Part shown: positions 30,377 through 38,933 of the stretch, piece by piece | Numbering within the stretch: position 1 is the stretch's first letter | Layout of the letters: every line of letters starts with the position of its first letter | Assembly (NCBI GenBank): GCA_038727095.1 | Contig: JAVYWK010000002.1 | Location: 46,336 to 110,335, forward strand | From: Thermofilaceae archaeon | Lineage (GTDB): Archaea; Thermoproteota; Thermoprotei; Thermofilales; Thermofilaceae | Reading direction: 5' to 3' | Length of the DNA stretch: 64,000 nucleotides | The notes under the pieces: model-generated | Databases searched by the model: none | Seen by the model: only the letters and a program-made list of their open reading frames with translations | What the model was told of the DNA's origin: nothing | Position numbers and translations under genes: made by a program

Positions 30377-31044
30377 GTTAATCTCACCACAACCTCTCGA
30401 ACTATATCGCAAGCGTCTTCGCAAGCATCAGCTACATGCTCGAGCGCATCTAAAGCGCTGAATAGCATCACTACGATGGGAGCCGACAGGTTTGATGCCG
30501 CATTTATAAGGAGAGTTCGGCATTCAGCGTAAACAGCATCGATGTCCTCCTCCAATTTCTCTACTGTATCAGCAGCGTTTAACGCAGCCAAAGGTTCCTC
30601 CTTTAGGTATTTGACAGCGCCATACGTAGCTTCAACTATAGCTCCCAGCTTGGAAGACATTGCCACATACACGTCACGCACTTGGCTCGGAACCTCGTAT
30701 GAGCTCAGAATTGTTATCACGCGGGCAGCTTCTAGCGACCAATCAGCAATCCTGTCGACACGGCCCATCAACCTCAACAAGAATGTTCTTTCAACAGCGT
30801 CGCCTGCACTTCCGCCAGCCAGCAACCTGGCAGTTGAGTTTCTCAAATTGTCAGCTGCTTTTTCGAAGGCTTTCACGGTGTTGTAACGGGCAGTAAGATC
30901 GATCGTACCGGATCTCCAAGAAACGATTAGCTCTTGAAGGGCCTTGACGCAGTTCATAACTTCCCGCACATGGGCCTCTAAAGACTGGAGAACCTTCTCC
31001 CGCCTCTTATCGCTAAACCAGGCTAAGATATGCTCACTACTCAT
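30370..31044 (-). CDS. DUF47 / PhoU-like phosphate transport regulator (TIGR00153-like)
   Basis: Repeated E-x3-D motifs: EKAAD, DRIAD, EEDID, EHVADACED. Confidence 0.85.
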   Translation of the reverse strand: MSSEHILAWFSDKRREKVLQSLEAHVREVMNCVKALQELIVSWRSGTIDLTARYNTVKAFEKAADNLRNSTARLLAGGSAGDAVERTFLLRLMGRVDRIADWSLEAARVITILSSYEVPSQVRDVYVAMSSKLGAIVEATYGAVKYLKEEPLAALNAADTVEKLEEDIDAVYAECRTLLINAASNLSAPIVVMLFSALDALEHVADACEDACDIVREVVVRLTW

Positions 31045-32107
31045 ACCTTACCGCCTCCTCAAGCCCCTCCTTCGGGTACGGAAAGACCAGAGCATCTTCC
31101 GGGTTAAAAGTCAGTCGTACGCTGGCTCCCACTTCGATTTTCTCACGTGATCTCACGACCAACGAAACCCCTCCATTTAATCGAATCACGTATTTGTAGG
31201 TTTTACCCAGAAACTCGCGCGTATCAACGACTCCTTCGATCTGCCCATCGTTTGCGAACCTCAACCTTTCGGGTCTGATAGTTAGTACTGCGAGCCCGCT
31301 CGTCACTGAACCCCAACCCTTCAGGACTACTGATCCGATATCAAGCACGGTAAAATCCCCATTCGCTCCCACTACTTTACCTACTAAGAAGTTATTCTCT
31401 CCGCCGATGAACCTAGCCACAAAAAGCGATTTAGGCCTGAGGTACAGCTCGAGAGGACTACCGATCTGCTCAATCCTCCCTTTCCTCATTACAGCAATTT
31501 TATCAGCAACAGCCATCGCCTCCTCCTGATTATGCGTAACATGAATCACAGTCAAACCCAAACTCTTCACAACCCTACGAACCTCGTATCGAAGTCTCTC
31601 AGCTGTTCGGGGGTCCATTGAGCCGAACGGCTCATCCAGTAGCAACAGCCTAGCACCGGAGGCTAAAGCCCTGGCCAGAGACACCTTCTGCTGATCTCCC
31701 AAACTCAGCTCGCTGGGTAGGCTAGCTGCTCTCAATTCGATGTTCATCGAGGATAGTATTTCACGTACGGTATCCTCCGCGCTCTTCACCCCCTTAACTA
31801 CGGCTGGGTACAGTACATTGCTCTTGACAATCATGTGGGGGAAAAGGTATATTTCTTGAAATATCAACCCTATTTCCCTCTTTTCTGGAGGAAGATCATT
31901 CACTAATTTTCCAAAAATGTACACGTCTCCGCTGTCAGGGCGCTCGAGGCCTGCAATGCACTTGAGCAGCGTACTCTTTCCCGAGCCGCTCGGCCCAATT
32001 ATGGCGAAGTACTCTCCCTCTCTCACCTCGAAGGAGACTTTATTTAGAGCTAGGATTTTATCAAAGCGCTTTGATAAGTTTAAAACGCGGAGAGCCACAC
32101 TACTCAT
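31037..32107 (-). CDS. ABC ATP-binding protein (PotA/CysA-like, TOBE tail) with degenerate signature motif
   Basis: GPSGSGKST, LSLGDQQ, LLLLDEP, VTHNQEEA. Confidence 0.93.
   Translation of the reverse strand: MSSVALRVLNLSKRFDKILALNKVSFEVREGEYFAIIGPSGSGKSTLLKCIAGLERPDSGDVYIFGKLVNDLPPEKREIGLIFQEIYLFPHMIVKSNVLYPAVVKGVKSAEDTVREILSSMNIELRAASLPSELSLGDQQKVSLARALASGARLLLLDEPFGSMDPRTAERLRYEVRRVVKSLGLTVIHVTHNQEEAMAVADKIAVMRKGRIEQIGSPLELYLRPKSLFVARFIGGENNFLVGKVVGANGDFTVLDIGSVVLKGWGSVTSGLAVLTIRPERLRFANDGQIEGVVDTREFLGKTYKYVIRLNGGVSLVVRSREKIEVGASVRLTFNPEDALVFPYPKEGLEEAVRYE
31461..31585. repeat. 125-bp direct repeat, copy 1 (copy 2 at 32522-32646)
   Basis: 124/125 identical by manual comparison; a 44-bp identical tract also occurs at 31629-31672 and 32690-32733. 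Confidence 0.92.
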
Positions 32108-33174
32108 AGCTCCACCTCCTCCTCGAGCCCCTTGAATTCAAACGCGAGCAGGGGTTCTGGTAAGTCGAAGTTTATGTCCATACCGGCTATCAAGCTTAAC
32201 CTCGGCTCGACGTCGACCTCCAGCTGCAAGTTTCCTATTTGAAGCCAAACCCTCGCTACACCACTAACCAGGGATACGTCGACTATCCTCCCACGAAACC
32301 TTCCCTCACCCAATTCCACGCTTTCTGGTCTAACTGCGACCAAGACCGTGGACCCTCGTCTTAAGCCTCGATGCTCGACTTTAACCACACCCAATCCTTC
32401 GACTTTCGCTAAGCCCACGACGCCGTACGTCTCGATTAACTGCCCTCGCAGTAGGTTAGCCCCTGCCACGAATTTCGCACAAAAGGGAGACGAAGGGTGG
32501 AAGTATACATCCTCCGGCTCGCCGATCTGCTCAATCCTCCCTTTCCTCATTACAGCAATTTTATCAGCAACAGCCATCGCCTCCTCCTGATTATGCGTAA
32601 CATGAATCACAGTCAAACCCAAACTCTTCGCAACCCTACGAACCTCCCTCCGAACCTCGAGCGTCAAGACTGCATCAAGAGCCGTTAATGGCTCATCCAG
32701 TAGCAACAGCCTAGCACCGGAGGCTAAAGCCCTAGCTAAAGCTACTCGTTGACGCTGCCCACCTGACAACTGGTGCGGGTAACTATCAGCTCGGTGTAGT
32801 AAGCCGACGAGTTTCAACGCTTCTTCGACGCGCCTTTCGATCTCGTGCTTGGGGTACCCCTTGATCCACAGGCCATAGGCAACATTCTCCCATACCGTCA
32901 TATGGGGGAAGAGCGCGTAGCCGGGAGGCATATAGCCTGCAAGCCTCTTGTCGGGTGGCAATCCGACCACGCTTACACCGTCAAAAAGGATGTCCCCACT
33001 ATCCGGCTGCTCAAGGCCTGCGATGCACTTGAGCAGCGTGCTTCTGCCTGAACCGATGGGACCGAGGACGACGAAGTACTCCCCCTCCTCAATCTCAAAA
33101 GTGATGCCATCAAGTGCCCTGATTGGGCCGTAAGACTTCGTGAGGTTTTTCACTGCGATGCTAGCTTCTCTCAT
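32104..33174 (-). CDS. ABC ATP-binding protein (PotA/CysA-like) with degenerate Walker A
   Basis: GPIGSGRST, LSGGQRQR, LLLLDEP, VTHNQEEA. Confidence 0.93.
   Translation of the reverse strand: MREASIAVKNLTKSYGPIRALDGITFEIEEGEYFVVLGPIGSGRSTLLKCIAGLEQPDSGDILFDGVSVVGLPPDKRLAGYMPPGYALFPHMTVWENVAYGLWIKGYPKHEIERRVEEALKLVGLLHRADSYPHQLSGGQRQRVALARALASGARLLLLDEPLTALDAVLTLEVRREVRRVAKSLGLTVIHVTHNQEEAMAVADKIAVMRKGRIEQIGEPEDVYFHPSSPFCAKFVAGANLLRGQLIETYGVVGLAKVEGLGVVKVEHRGLRRGSTVLVAVRPESVELGEGRFRGRIVDVSLVSGVARVWLQIGNLQLEVDVEPRLSLIAGMDINFDLPEPLLAFEFKGLEEEVEL
32522..32646. repeat. 125-bp direct repeat, copy 2
   Basis: Single difference from copy 1 (ttcac vs ttcgc). Confidence 0.92.
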
Positions 33175-33291
33175 TCTGATGAAGGCCCTTTAATGAACAC
33201 TTTTTTTGATGATGTACTTTGCAAATTCAACGGTATAAGGTGGTATATAGAGTTACATAGATTAAATTGGCACTCCTTCACGTAACAGTCG

Positions 33292-33344
33292 GGTCAGAGT
33301 CAATCCTTTCTTCATAAATCGGCCGGCAGATCACTCATCATCGA
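33292..33344 (-). ncRNA. C/D-box guide sRNA
   Basis: Minus strand: ATGATGA (C) GTGATCTGCCGG CCGA (D') TTT ATGAAGA (C') AAGGATTGACT CTGA (D); intergenic; CTTTAAG box about 25 nt upstream. Confidence 0.85.
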
Positions 33345-33388
33345 TCAACCTGTGGCTAGCGCCCCTTAAAGTTCTTCTGTCTCTATTG

Positions 33389-33487
33389 TGGAGCCCCGGC
33401 CGGGATTCGAACCCGGGTCCTCCGGCTCTCTCGTCGATTCAAGCGGATTACAAGGCCGGCGCTCTGGCCCGGCTGAGCTACCGGGGC
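33389..33487 (-). tRNA. tRNA-Thr(UGU) with 21-nt intron at 37/38 (33428-33448), CCA encoded
   Basis: GCCCCGG/CCGGGGC acceptor, CCGGC-CTTGTA..A-GCCGG, GGTTCGAATCC; BHB central helix CUUG/CGAG. Confidence 0.93.
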
Positions 33488-33571
33488 TCCAAGCTCTCTT
33501 TCTTGACGCTTATATAAGCGTTCTTGGGTCGACCATCAGGTTTTAAAAGGGCCTCTCCTGCAGCGTGGCTT

Positions 33572-34024
33572 GTGCCTAGGTGGAGCTTCTCTGTACAGCT
33601 GGATCCAGCTCGGACGGCGATAGCTGCCGGGCGCGACCTCAGGATATCCTATAAGGACGCAGTCGAAGTTCTCGACGCTATAAGAGGCTTGAGCTTGGAG
33701 AGGGCTAAACGCTTCTTAGAGGACGTAATTAGCATGCGTAGGCCTGTGCCCTACAGGAGGTTCAAGAAAAAGGTGGGCCATAAAACCGGCATGGCGGCTG
33801 GCAGATATCCGGTGAAAGCCGCTCGAGCGATTTTACGAGTCCTTAAGGATGCTGAAGCAAATGCCGCTTACAAGGGCTTGGATACTGAGAAGCTATGGGT
33901 TGTACACGCCGCCGCTCACAAGGGCACGAAGATTCGGGCGTACATGCCTAGAGCATATGGTAGAGCAACGCCGTGGTTCGAGCAGCTGGTCCACGTAGAG
34001 ATCGGTCTCGAGGAGCGATCCTAA
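33572..34024 (+). CDS. rpl22: 50S ribosomal protein L22
   Basis: LRISYK, GRYPVKAA, AEANAAYKGLD, PRAYGRA. Confidence 0.96.
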   Translation: MPRWSFSVQLDPARTAIAAGRDLRISYKDAVEVLDAIRGLSLERAKRFLEDVISMRRPVPYRRFKKKVGHKTGMAAGRYPVKAARAILRVLKDAEANAAYKGLDTEKLWVVHAAAHKGTKIRAYMPRAYGRATPWFEQLVHVEIGLEERS

Positions 34025-34082
34025 AAACGCTTAAAAAGGCGTTATGACATTGCGCGCAGGCTGAGGAAAACACGGTGGTTGC

Positions 34083-34673
34083 ATGCCCACGCTCATACAG
34101 ACGTTCCTGGAGAGAGGGATGCAGTACATGGAGCTGAACGCTTACCTAGCGAGGAAACTAGCGCATGCGGGCTACGTGGATGTCCAGCTATTCCGCACGC
34201 CTATCGGAACCAGAGTGGTGATCCTCGCGGAGAGGCCTGCAATGGTAATTGGTCGCCGTGGATCGAACATTAAAGAGCTACAGGAAGTGCTGGAGAGCAA
34301 GTTCGGCGTGGACAGGCCTCAGATAGATGTTGTTGAAGTCGCTAACCCGGACCTCAACGCTAAAATTGTCGCTTACGGTATTGCACGAGCCATGGTTAGA
34401 GGAGTTAGATTCAGGAGAGCAGCATTCGTAGCAATCAGGAGGGTTATGGAGGCAGGCGCAAGAGGAATAGAGGTTGTGATTAGCGGCAAGCTCTCATCGG
34501 AGCGATCTAGGTTCGAGAAGTACACGGCAGGTGTTACCTACAAGTCGGGGAAGCCCAGTGAATATGTCGACGAAGCTGTCGTTCAAGTGCTGTTGAAGCC
34601 GGGTATTTATGGAGTTAAGGTTAGGATAATGCCGCCTATTGAAATACCTGGCCTTATCAAGGCATCATCGTAG
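34083..34673 (+). CDS. rps3: 30S ribosomal protein S3
   Basis: KH motif VIGRRGSNI, GARGIEVVISGKL, GIYGVKVRIM. Confidence 0.96.
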   Translation: MPTLIQTFLERGMQYMELNAYLARKLAHAGYVDVQLFRTPIGTRVVILAERPAMVIGRRGSNIKELQEVLESKFGVDRPQIDVVEVANPDLNAKIVAYGIARAMVRGVRFRRAAFVAIRRVMEAGARGIEVVISGKLSSERSRFEKYTAGVTYKSGKPSEYVDEAVVQVLLKPGIYGVKVRIMPPIEIPGLIKASS

Positions 34674-34683
34674 GTGCATTGAT

Positions 34684-34896
34684 ATGCCCGTGCTCAAAGC
34701 GAATGAAATCAGGAAGATGAGTAGAGAAGAGAGGCTGAAGCGGTTGGAGGAGTTAAGAGCTGAGCTAATTAGGTTGCGAACGCAAAGTGCTCGGGGCACC
34801 CTCGATAACCCCGCAAGGATACGGGAGATACGAAAAGCCATCGCTAGAATACTCACGATAGAGAATGAAGAGGCGCGCAAGAAAGGTTCTCGGTAA
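34684..34896 (+). CDS. rpl29: 50S ribosomal protein L29
   Basis: EIRKMS, NPARIREIRKAIARILTI. Confidence 0.95.
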   Translation: MPVLKANEIRKMSREERLKRLEELRAELIRLRTQSARGTLDNPARIREIRKAIARILTIENEEARKKGSR

Positions 34897-34900
34897 AGGG

Positions 34901-35182
34901 GTGGACATCTCCCCATCGAATGTATTGCTGCATGAACTAATAGGTTTGGAGGCGAAAGTTGTTGAGAGCAAGAATAGGTGCCAGGTGAGAATCGAGGGTA
35001 GGATAATTGATGAAACTATGAAAACCATCCTCCTCGAAACACCGAAGGGTCGGAAGAGGGTTTTCAAAAGTGATGTAAAGCTTCTCTTAAAGCTACCAGA
35101 TGGCTCTCTCGTACTAATCAAAGGTAAAGAGCTGCTGGGTAGGCCCGAGGACCGGATAAAGAAGAAACTACGCACCTGGTGA
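34901..35182 (+). CDS. rnp1: RNase P protein component 1 (Rpp29/Pop4)
   Basis: HELIGLEAKV, GRIIDET, LLGRPEDRIKK. Confidence 0.94.
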   Translation: MDISPSNVLLHELIGLEAKVVESKNRCQVRIEGRIIDETMKTILLETPKGRKRVFKSDVKLLLKLPDGSLVLIKGKELLGRPEDRIKKKLRTW

Positions 35183-35234
35183 TCAAGACCGGCGTGCTGT
35201 TTATAAGCCGGTACTATGTGGCCGCAGGAATCGT

Positions 35235-35621
35235 ATGAGTGGTACAAGGTTCCGAAACGTCGGTATTCCGGGGTTAAAACCACCTGAGAAGGTATGCGAT
35301 GATCCTCTCTGCCCGTGGCACGGGACGCTGCCCGTGAGGGGGGTGATAATGGAGGTCACGGTAGACAAGGTAAAGATGAATAGGACGGCCGTCGTTACCC
35401 ATGAGTACCTCCACTACGTGCCGAAGTACATGAGGTATGAGAGACGGCGAAAGAAGAAGCATGTAAGGGTTCCTCCCTGCATCGAAGTTAAGCCGGGCGA
35501 TAGGGTACTCATTGGAGAGTGCAGACCCTTGGCGAAGTCGGTAGCCTTCGTTGTCTTGGCGAAGATCGGGAGCCAGAGTGCTTCGCATACATTCTCGAGA
35601 GAAGCGACTTCAAACTTATAA
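35235..35621 (+). CDS. rps17: 30S ribosomal protein S17
   Basis: CDDPLCPWHG, KYMRYERR, ECRPLAK. Confidence 0.96.
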   Translation: MSGTRFRNVGIPGLKPPEKVCDDPLCPWHGTLPVRGVIMEVTVDKVKMNRTAVVTHEYLHYVPKYMRYERRRKKKHVRVPPCIEVKPGDRVLIGECRPLAKSVAFVVLAKIGSQSASHTFSREATSNL

Positions 35622-35644
35622 GGGTCGAGCTACGGTGATCACTC

Positions 35645-36070
35645 GTGGCGAAGCGAGGGCCTAAAGCCACTGGTGTATCGTTCAGGTTCCATAAAACACC
35701 TGGTGTATTCGTAGAAAGTCTAGTCAGAGTGACGGATAACTCGGGAGCCAGGTTAGCCCGAGTGATCGGTGTCCGAGGTACGAAGACTATCTGGAGGAGA
35801 ATACCGGGAGCGGCCGTAGGAGATGTAGTTGTAGTCTCGATCCGCGAGGGAAAGCCGGAGCTGAGGAAGCAGATCCTGCACGGCATTGTAGTGAGGCAGC
35901 GCAGACCATTCAGGCGGCCCGATGGAACGTGGATTGCCTTTGAGGACAACGCTATCGTGCTGATAACTCCGGAGGGGGATCCAAAGGGGAGCGAAATCCA
36001 TGGGCCGGTGGCCAAAGAAGCTGTAGAGAGGCACCCACGACTCGCAACTATGGTTACGATAGTAGTTTGA
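35645..36070 (+). CDS. rpl14: 50S ribosomal protein L14
   Basis: DNSGAR, FEDNAIV, GPVAKEA. Confidence 0.96.
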   Translation: MAKRGPKATGVSFRFHKTPGVFVESLVRVTDNSGARLARVIGVRGTKTIWRRIPGAAVGDVVVVSIREGKPELRKQILHGIVVRQRRPFRRPDGTWIAFEDNAIVLITPEGDPKGSEIHGPVAKEAVERHPRLATMVTIVV

Positions 36071-36090
36071 GGGTGTCCACTCGACCCGGT

Positions 36091-36756
36091 CTACCTTAAG
36101 GCAACTTTCACTACGTACAGCTCGTCCGCGAATGCTTCGAACTCGTCTAGGAAGGCTGGGAGTTTACGTAGCGGGATTATGGGGACCCCTTCGAATACCT
36201 TCATGACAGTTTCATGCACATCTACTATAGCTGGACCCACTTTAGCCTCTCTCCAGCTTGCCACCCTCGCTGCTACTTCAACTACTTTAGGCAGTTCGCG
36301 TGCGAGCAGCTCGCAGCGAGCCTTGTGCGCGCGAGCAGCCAATCTTAGGTGGCTTTCACGCCGGCGAGCCCAACGCTTACAATCCACAGCCAGCACCCAT
36401 GGTTCGCGCAGTGCTACAACGTCTAGTTCGCGCACTTTCTCAAGCACCTTTAACCGAACATTCAAAAACGTCTCGAAACCGTACTCTTCGAGGATCCTAG
36501 AACAGAGCTTCTCAAAATCTTTCCATCCCGTACTTAGTGCTAACTCAACGGGGTCAAACCTCCTCTTCCAAAGGTCTAGGAGTAAGCCGGCGGTGTCTAC
36601 CACCAGTACCTCGTCTCCCTCCAGCAGAACTGGAAGCTCCGCTAGAAAGCTGTATAGCGTCTCCTTCGTAATTTTTAGCTCTGCCTGGAGCTCATCTAGC
36701 TTTAGACGCTGTTTACGCAGGAGCAGTAGAGTGAGAGCGTGAAAGCGCTCTTCCAC
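36091..36756 (-). CDS. Restriction-endonuclease-like (Mrr_cat/PD-(D/E)XK) protein
   Basis: WKDFEKLC..IL...GF, ELDVVA, AVDCKRW; short helical N-terminal region. Confidence 0.75.
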   Translation of the reverse strand: MEERFHALTLLLLRKQRLKLDELQAELKITKETLYSFLAELPVLLEGDEVLVVDTAGLLLDLWKRRFDPVELALSTGWKDFEKLCSRILEEYGFETFLNVRLKVLEKVRELDVVALREPWVLAVDCKRWARRRESHLRLAARAHKARCELLARELPKVVEVAARVASWREAKVGPAIVDVHETVMKVFEGVPIIPLRKLPAFLDEFEAFADELYVVKVALR

Positions 36757-36837
36757 AGTTAACCGCGTATGGTTCGCTACTTTTTAAGAGCACGCCTAGC
36801 GCAAAAAGCTTAAACCCCTGCTAGGGGAGCACGTGAG

Positions 36838-36932
36838 GGGCCCGTGGCGTAGCCTGGTGGCGCGCCCGGCTGATAACCTGGGAGTTCGGGATGGAAACCG
36901 GGAGGTCCCGGGTTCGAATCCCGGCGGGCCCA
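36838..36932 (+). tRNA. tRNA-Ile(GAU) with 21-nt intron at 37/38 (36876-36896)
   Basis: GGGCCCG/CGGGCCC acceptor, CCCGG-CTGATA..A-CCGGG, GGTTCGAATCC; relaxed BHB; CCA not encoded. Confidence 0.9.
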
Positions 36933-37051
36933 TCATACTGCTCTACTGTTTGAGCGCTAAATTTAGCCTACTTTACCTCATTTCTCCTTTAAGCCTGAAG
37001 CAACGCGAGTCAAGAAACCATTTATTTAAGAGCAAAACGTCTCGAGCGCTC

Positions 37052-37903
37052 ATGGGCAAGCTAGGCGCTATGCTGAGATTAGCGCGAATCGATCACGGAG
37101 TAATGGCGGCGATCGCAACGCTCGTGGGATACGCTCTTGGTGCGCAAGGTTGGTCGAACGTGCAGCTTCTTCCAGCTTTCATAGCAGTTGCAATAACTCT
37201 AGCCGTTGAGATAGGACTTTTCGTCTTTAATGATATCTACAATCTTGAGGAAGATAAAATCAACGCGCCGTGGAGGCCGTTGGTTCGTGGCGACATTGGC
37301 GTTAAAGAGGCCTGGATTATTGGCTTAGCATCGCTGACCCTGGGAACTGTTCTGTCGTTAATCTTGGGGGTTGTGCCCGCTCTACTTGTGATCGTAGCCG
37401 TGGCTTCAGGGATGGCTTACAACGTGAAACTAAAGAGAGCTGGATTGCCAGGAAACGTTATTGTGGCCTTCGATACTGCTCTACCGTTCCTCTTCGGAGC
37501 TTCCATCCCTAGCGGCTTCAGAATACCCCGGATAGCTATTCTCCTTACCTCGATTGCCTTCCTTGCTACTCTAGGTAGGGAAGTTCTGAAGGGTATAGTA
37601 GACATGGAGGGCGATCGCAGAGTCGGGGTTAGGACACTGGCTATAGTCAAAGGCCCAGCGTTCGCAGCAAGGGTAGCCAGCCTTCTAATGATGGCAGCCG
37701 TCGCAGCTAGCCTGCTAGCAATCCCTCTCCTCCCAGAGGGGAAACTCCCCCTTTATGCCTCCACGGTGGCCTTGACCAACGCCCTCTTCATCTACGCCTC
37801 TTTCTCGCTGCTCCTTCAAAAAAGCGCTGCAGCCGCACGCGGCAGAAAGTTGACACTCCTAGCCATGCTCACCGGGATACTAGCATTCGCGACGACAGCG
37901 TGA
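37052..37903 (+). CDS. Digeranylgeranylglyceryl phosphate synthase (UbiA family)
   Basis: FNDIYNLEEDKINAPWRPL, GREVLKGIVDMEGD, RTLA; the ORF-track 5' extension overlaps tRNA-Ile, so the start is ATG 37052. Confidence 0.88.
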   Translation: MGKLGAMLRLARIDHGVMAAIATLVGYALGAQGWSNVQLLPAFIAVAITLAVEIGLFVFNDIYNLEEDKINAPWRPLVRGDIGVKEAWIIGLASLTLGTVLSLILGVVPALLVIVAVASGMAYNVKLKRAGLPGNVIVAFDTALPFLFGASIPSGFRIPRIAILLTSIAFLATLGREVLKGIVDMEGDRRVGVRTLAIVKGPAFAARVASLLMMAAVAASLLAIPLLPEGKLPLYASTVALTNALFIYASFSLLLQKSAAAARGRKLTLLAMLTGILAFATTA

Positions 37904-37948
37904 GGCTCATATGGCAACATTTATACCTGTCCGGAAGCGCGGCTTTCT

Positions 37949-38314
37949 GTGGTCCGACCGTTAGACCCCCTGAAGAAGTTACTGGAGCCAGCTACGCTTG
38001 CACCACTAGCTGTGATGTCAGCGCTCCTCCTCGTATCCGGCATTTTCAATGTTTTCTACACGTGCCTTCACGATTTAGACCAGTGCGCGGCTGCCCACTC
38101 GAGAATTGGACCCGTACCGGGAACGAGTCTACAGAACACAACTGAGTTCATCCTGAGCTTCATGGGTTACGCAATAATGATTTATGGCTTCTATAATCTC
38201 TACGATACACTCCGGCGTACCAGGAGGGATTTTACTCGAGAGATTGCGATCAGCCTTATCTTGATAATCATCGGTACGCTGCTCATCGCTGTTATGTACT
38301 ACGCGAAACGTTAA
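37949..38314 (+). CDS. Three-TM membrane protein, DC2/OSTC-OST3/6-like
   Basis: Three hydrophobic segments; SGIFN after TM1, Q-x3-E (QNTTE) before TM2, GF in TM2, terminal K. Confidence 0.55.
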   Translation: MVRPLDPLKKLLEPATLAPLAVMSALLLVSGIFNVFYTCLHDLDQCAAAHSRIGPVPGTSLQNTTEFILSFMGYAIMIYGFYNLYDTLRRTRRDFTREIAISLILIIIGTLLIAVMYYAKR

Positions 38315-38318
38315 ACGG

Positions 38319-38933
38319 ATGCCTGCATTAGATAAGCTTTTAACATTTCTAACAAAAAGGTTAGACAAAGGGGCTTTAGTTCTTTACGGTGGGCCTGGTA
38401 CGTTTAGAACTAGGCTAGCCCTTTTCCTATGCGAGCAGTTAGCACCATCCTTTTACATAGGTGCTGGGCGGCACGCTCGCTTAAAGGTGATCCTTCGCGG
38501 CGTTGAGGTTCGGGCTGTAACCTCGTTTTACGATGAACTGTTAACCACGATAGAATGCGTGGGGTTCTGTAAGCAGGAGAAAGTGAAGCTAGTGGCAATA
38601 GACGAGTTCATGGCCAACCTAGCGCCGTACAGGGCTTCGTTAAGTGAGAGTTACGTGTACCGGATGGCGTTGACGGAGGTAAGCGTTCTCGGCTTGGCTG
38701 TGGAGGCGGAATGCAAGGTCTTACTCGTATGTGCTGAGGACTACAGAACGGGTGGACCCTTAACCATAAAAATACTGCGGAGGCTTAAGCCTAGGCTTGT
38801 GCGAACTGTAGTTGTGAATGGGGTTTTAACCCTCGAAGAACGCGACCTAGCCGATCCGCTCATAGCCCTAGGAAGGTTTGAGGTAGACGTTGAAGAGGTG
38901 GAGAAAGCTTGCGGAGCCTTGTCTCAGAACTGA
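38319..38933 (+). CDS. Divergent RecA/RadB-like P-loop protein
   Basis: LVLYGGPGTFRT (Walker A K to R), LVAIDE Walker B. Confidence 0.6.
   Translation: MPALDKLLTFLTKRLDKGALVLYGGPGTFRTRLALFLCEQLAPSFYIGAGRHARLKVILRGVEVRAVTSFYDELLTTIECVGFCKQEKVKLVAIDEFMANLAPYRASLSESYVYRMALTEVSVLGLAVEAECKVLLVCAEDYRTGGPLTIKILRRLKPRLVRTVVVNGVLTLEERDLADPLIALGRFEVDVEEVEKACGALSQN

Noticed and set aside
36091-36756. Endonuclease next to a tRNA as a possible integrated or defence element
   Set aside because: No integrase, att duplication, methylase or compositional shift; it looks like a resident gene.
36833-37051. N-terminal extension of the 356-aa ORF
   Set aside because: It reads through tRNA-Ile; the real start is ATG 37052.
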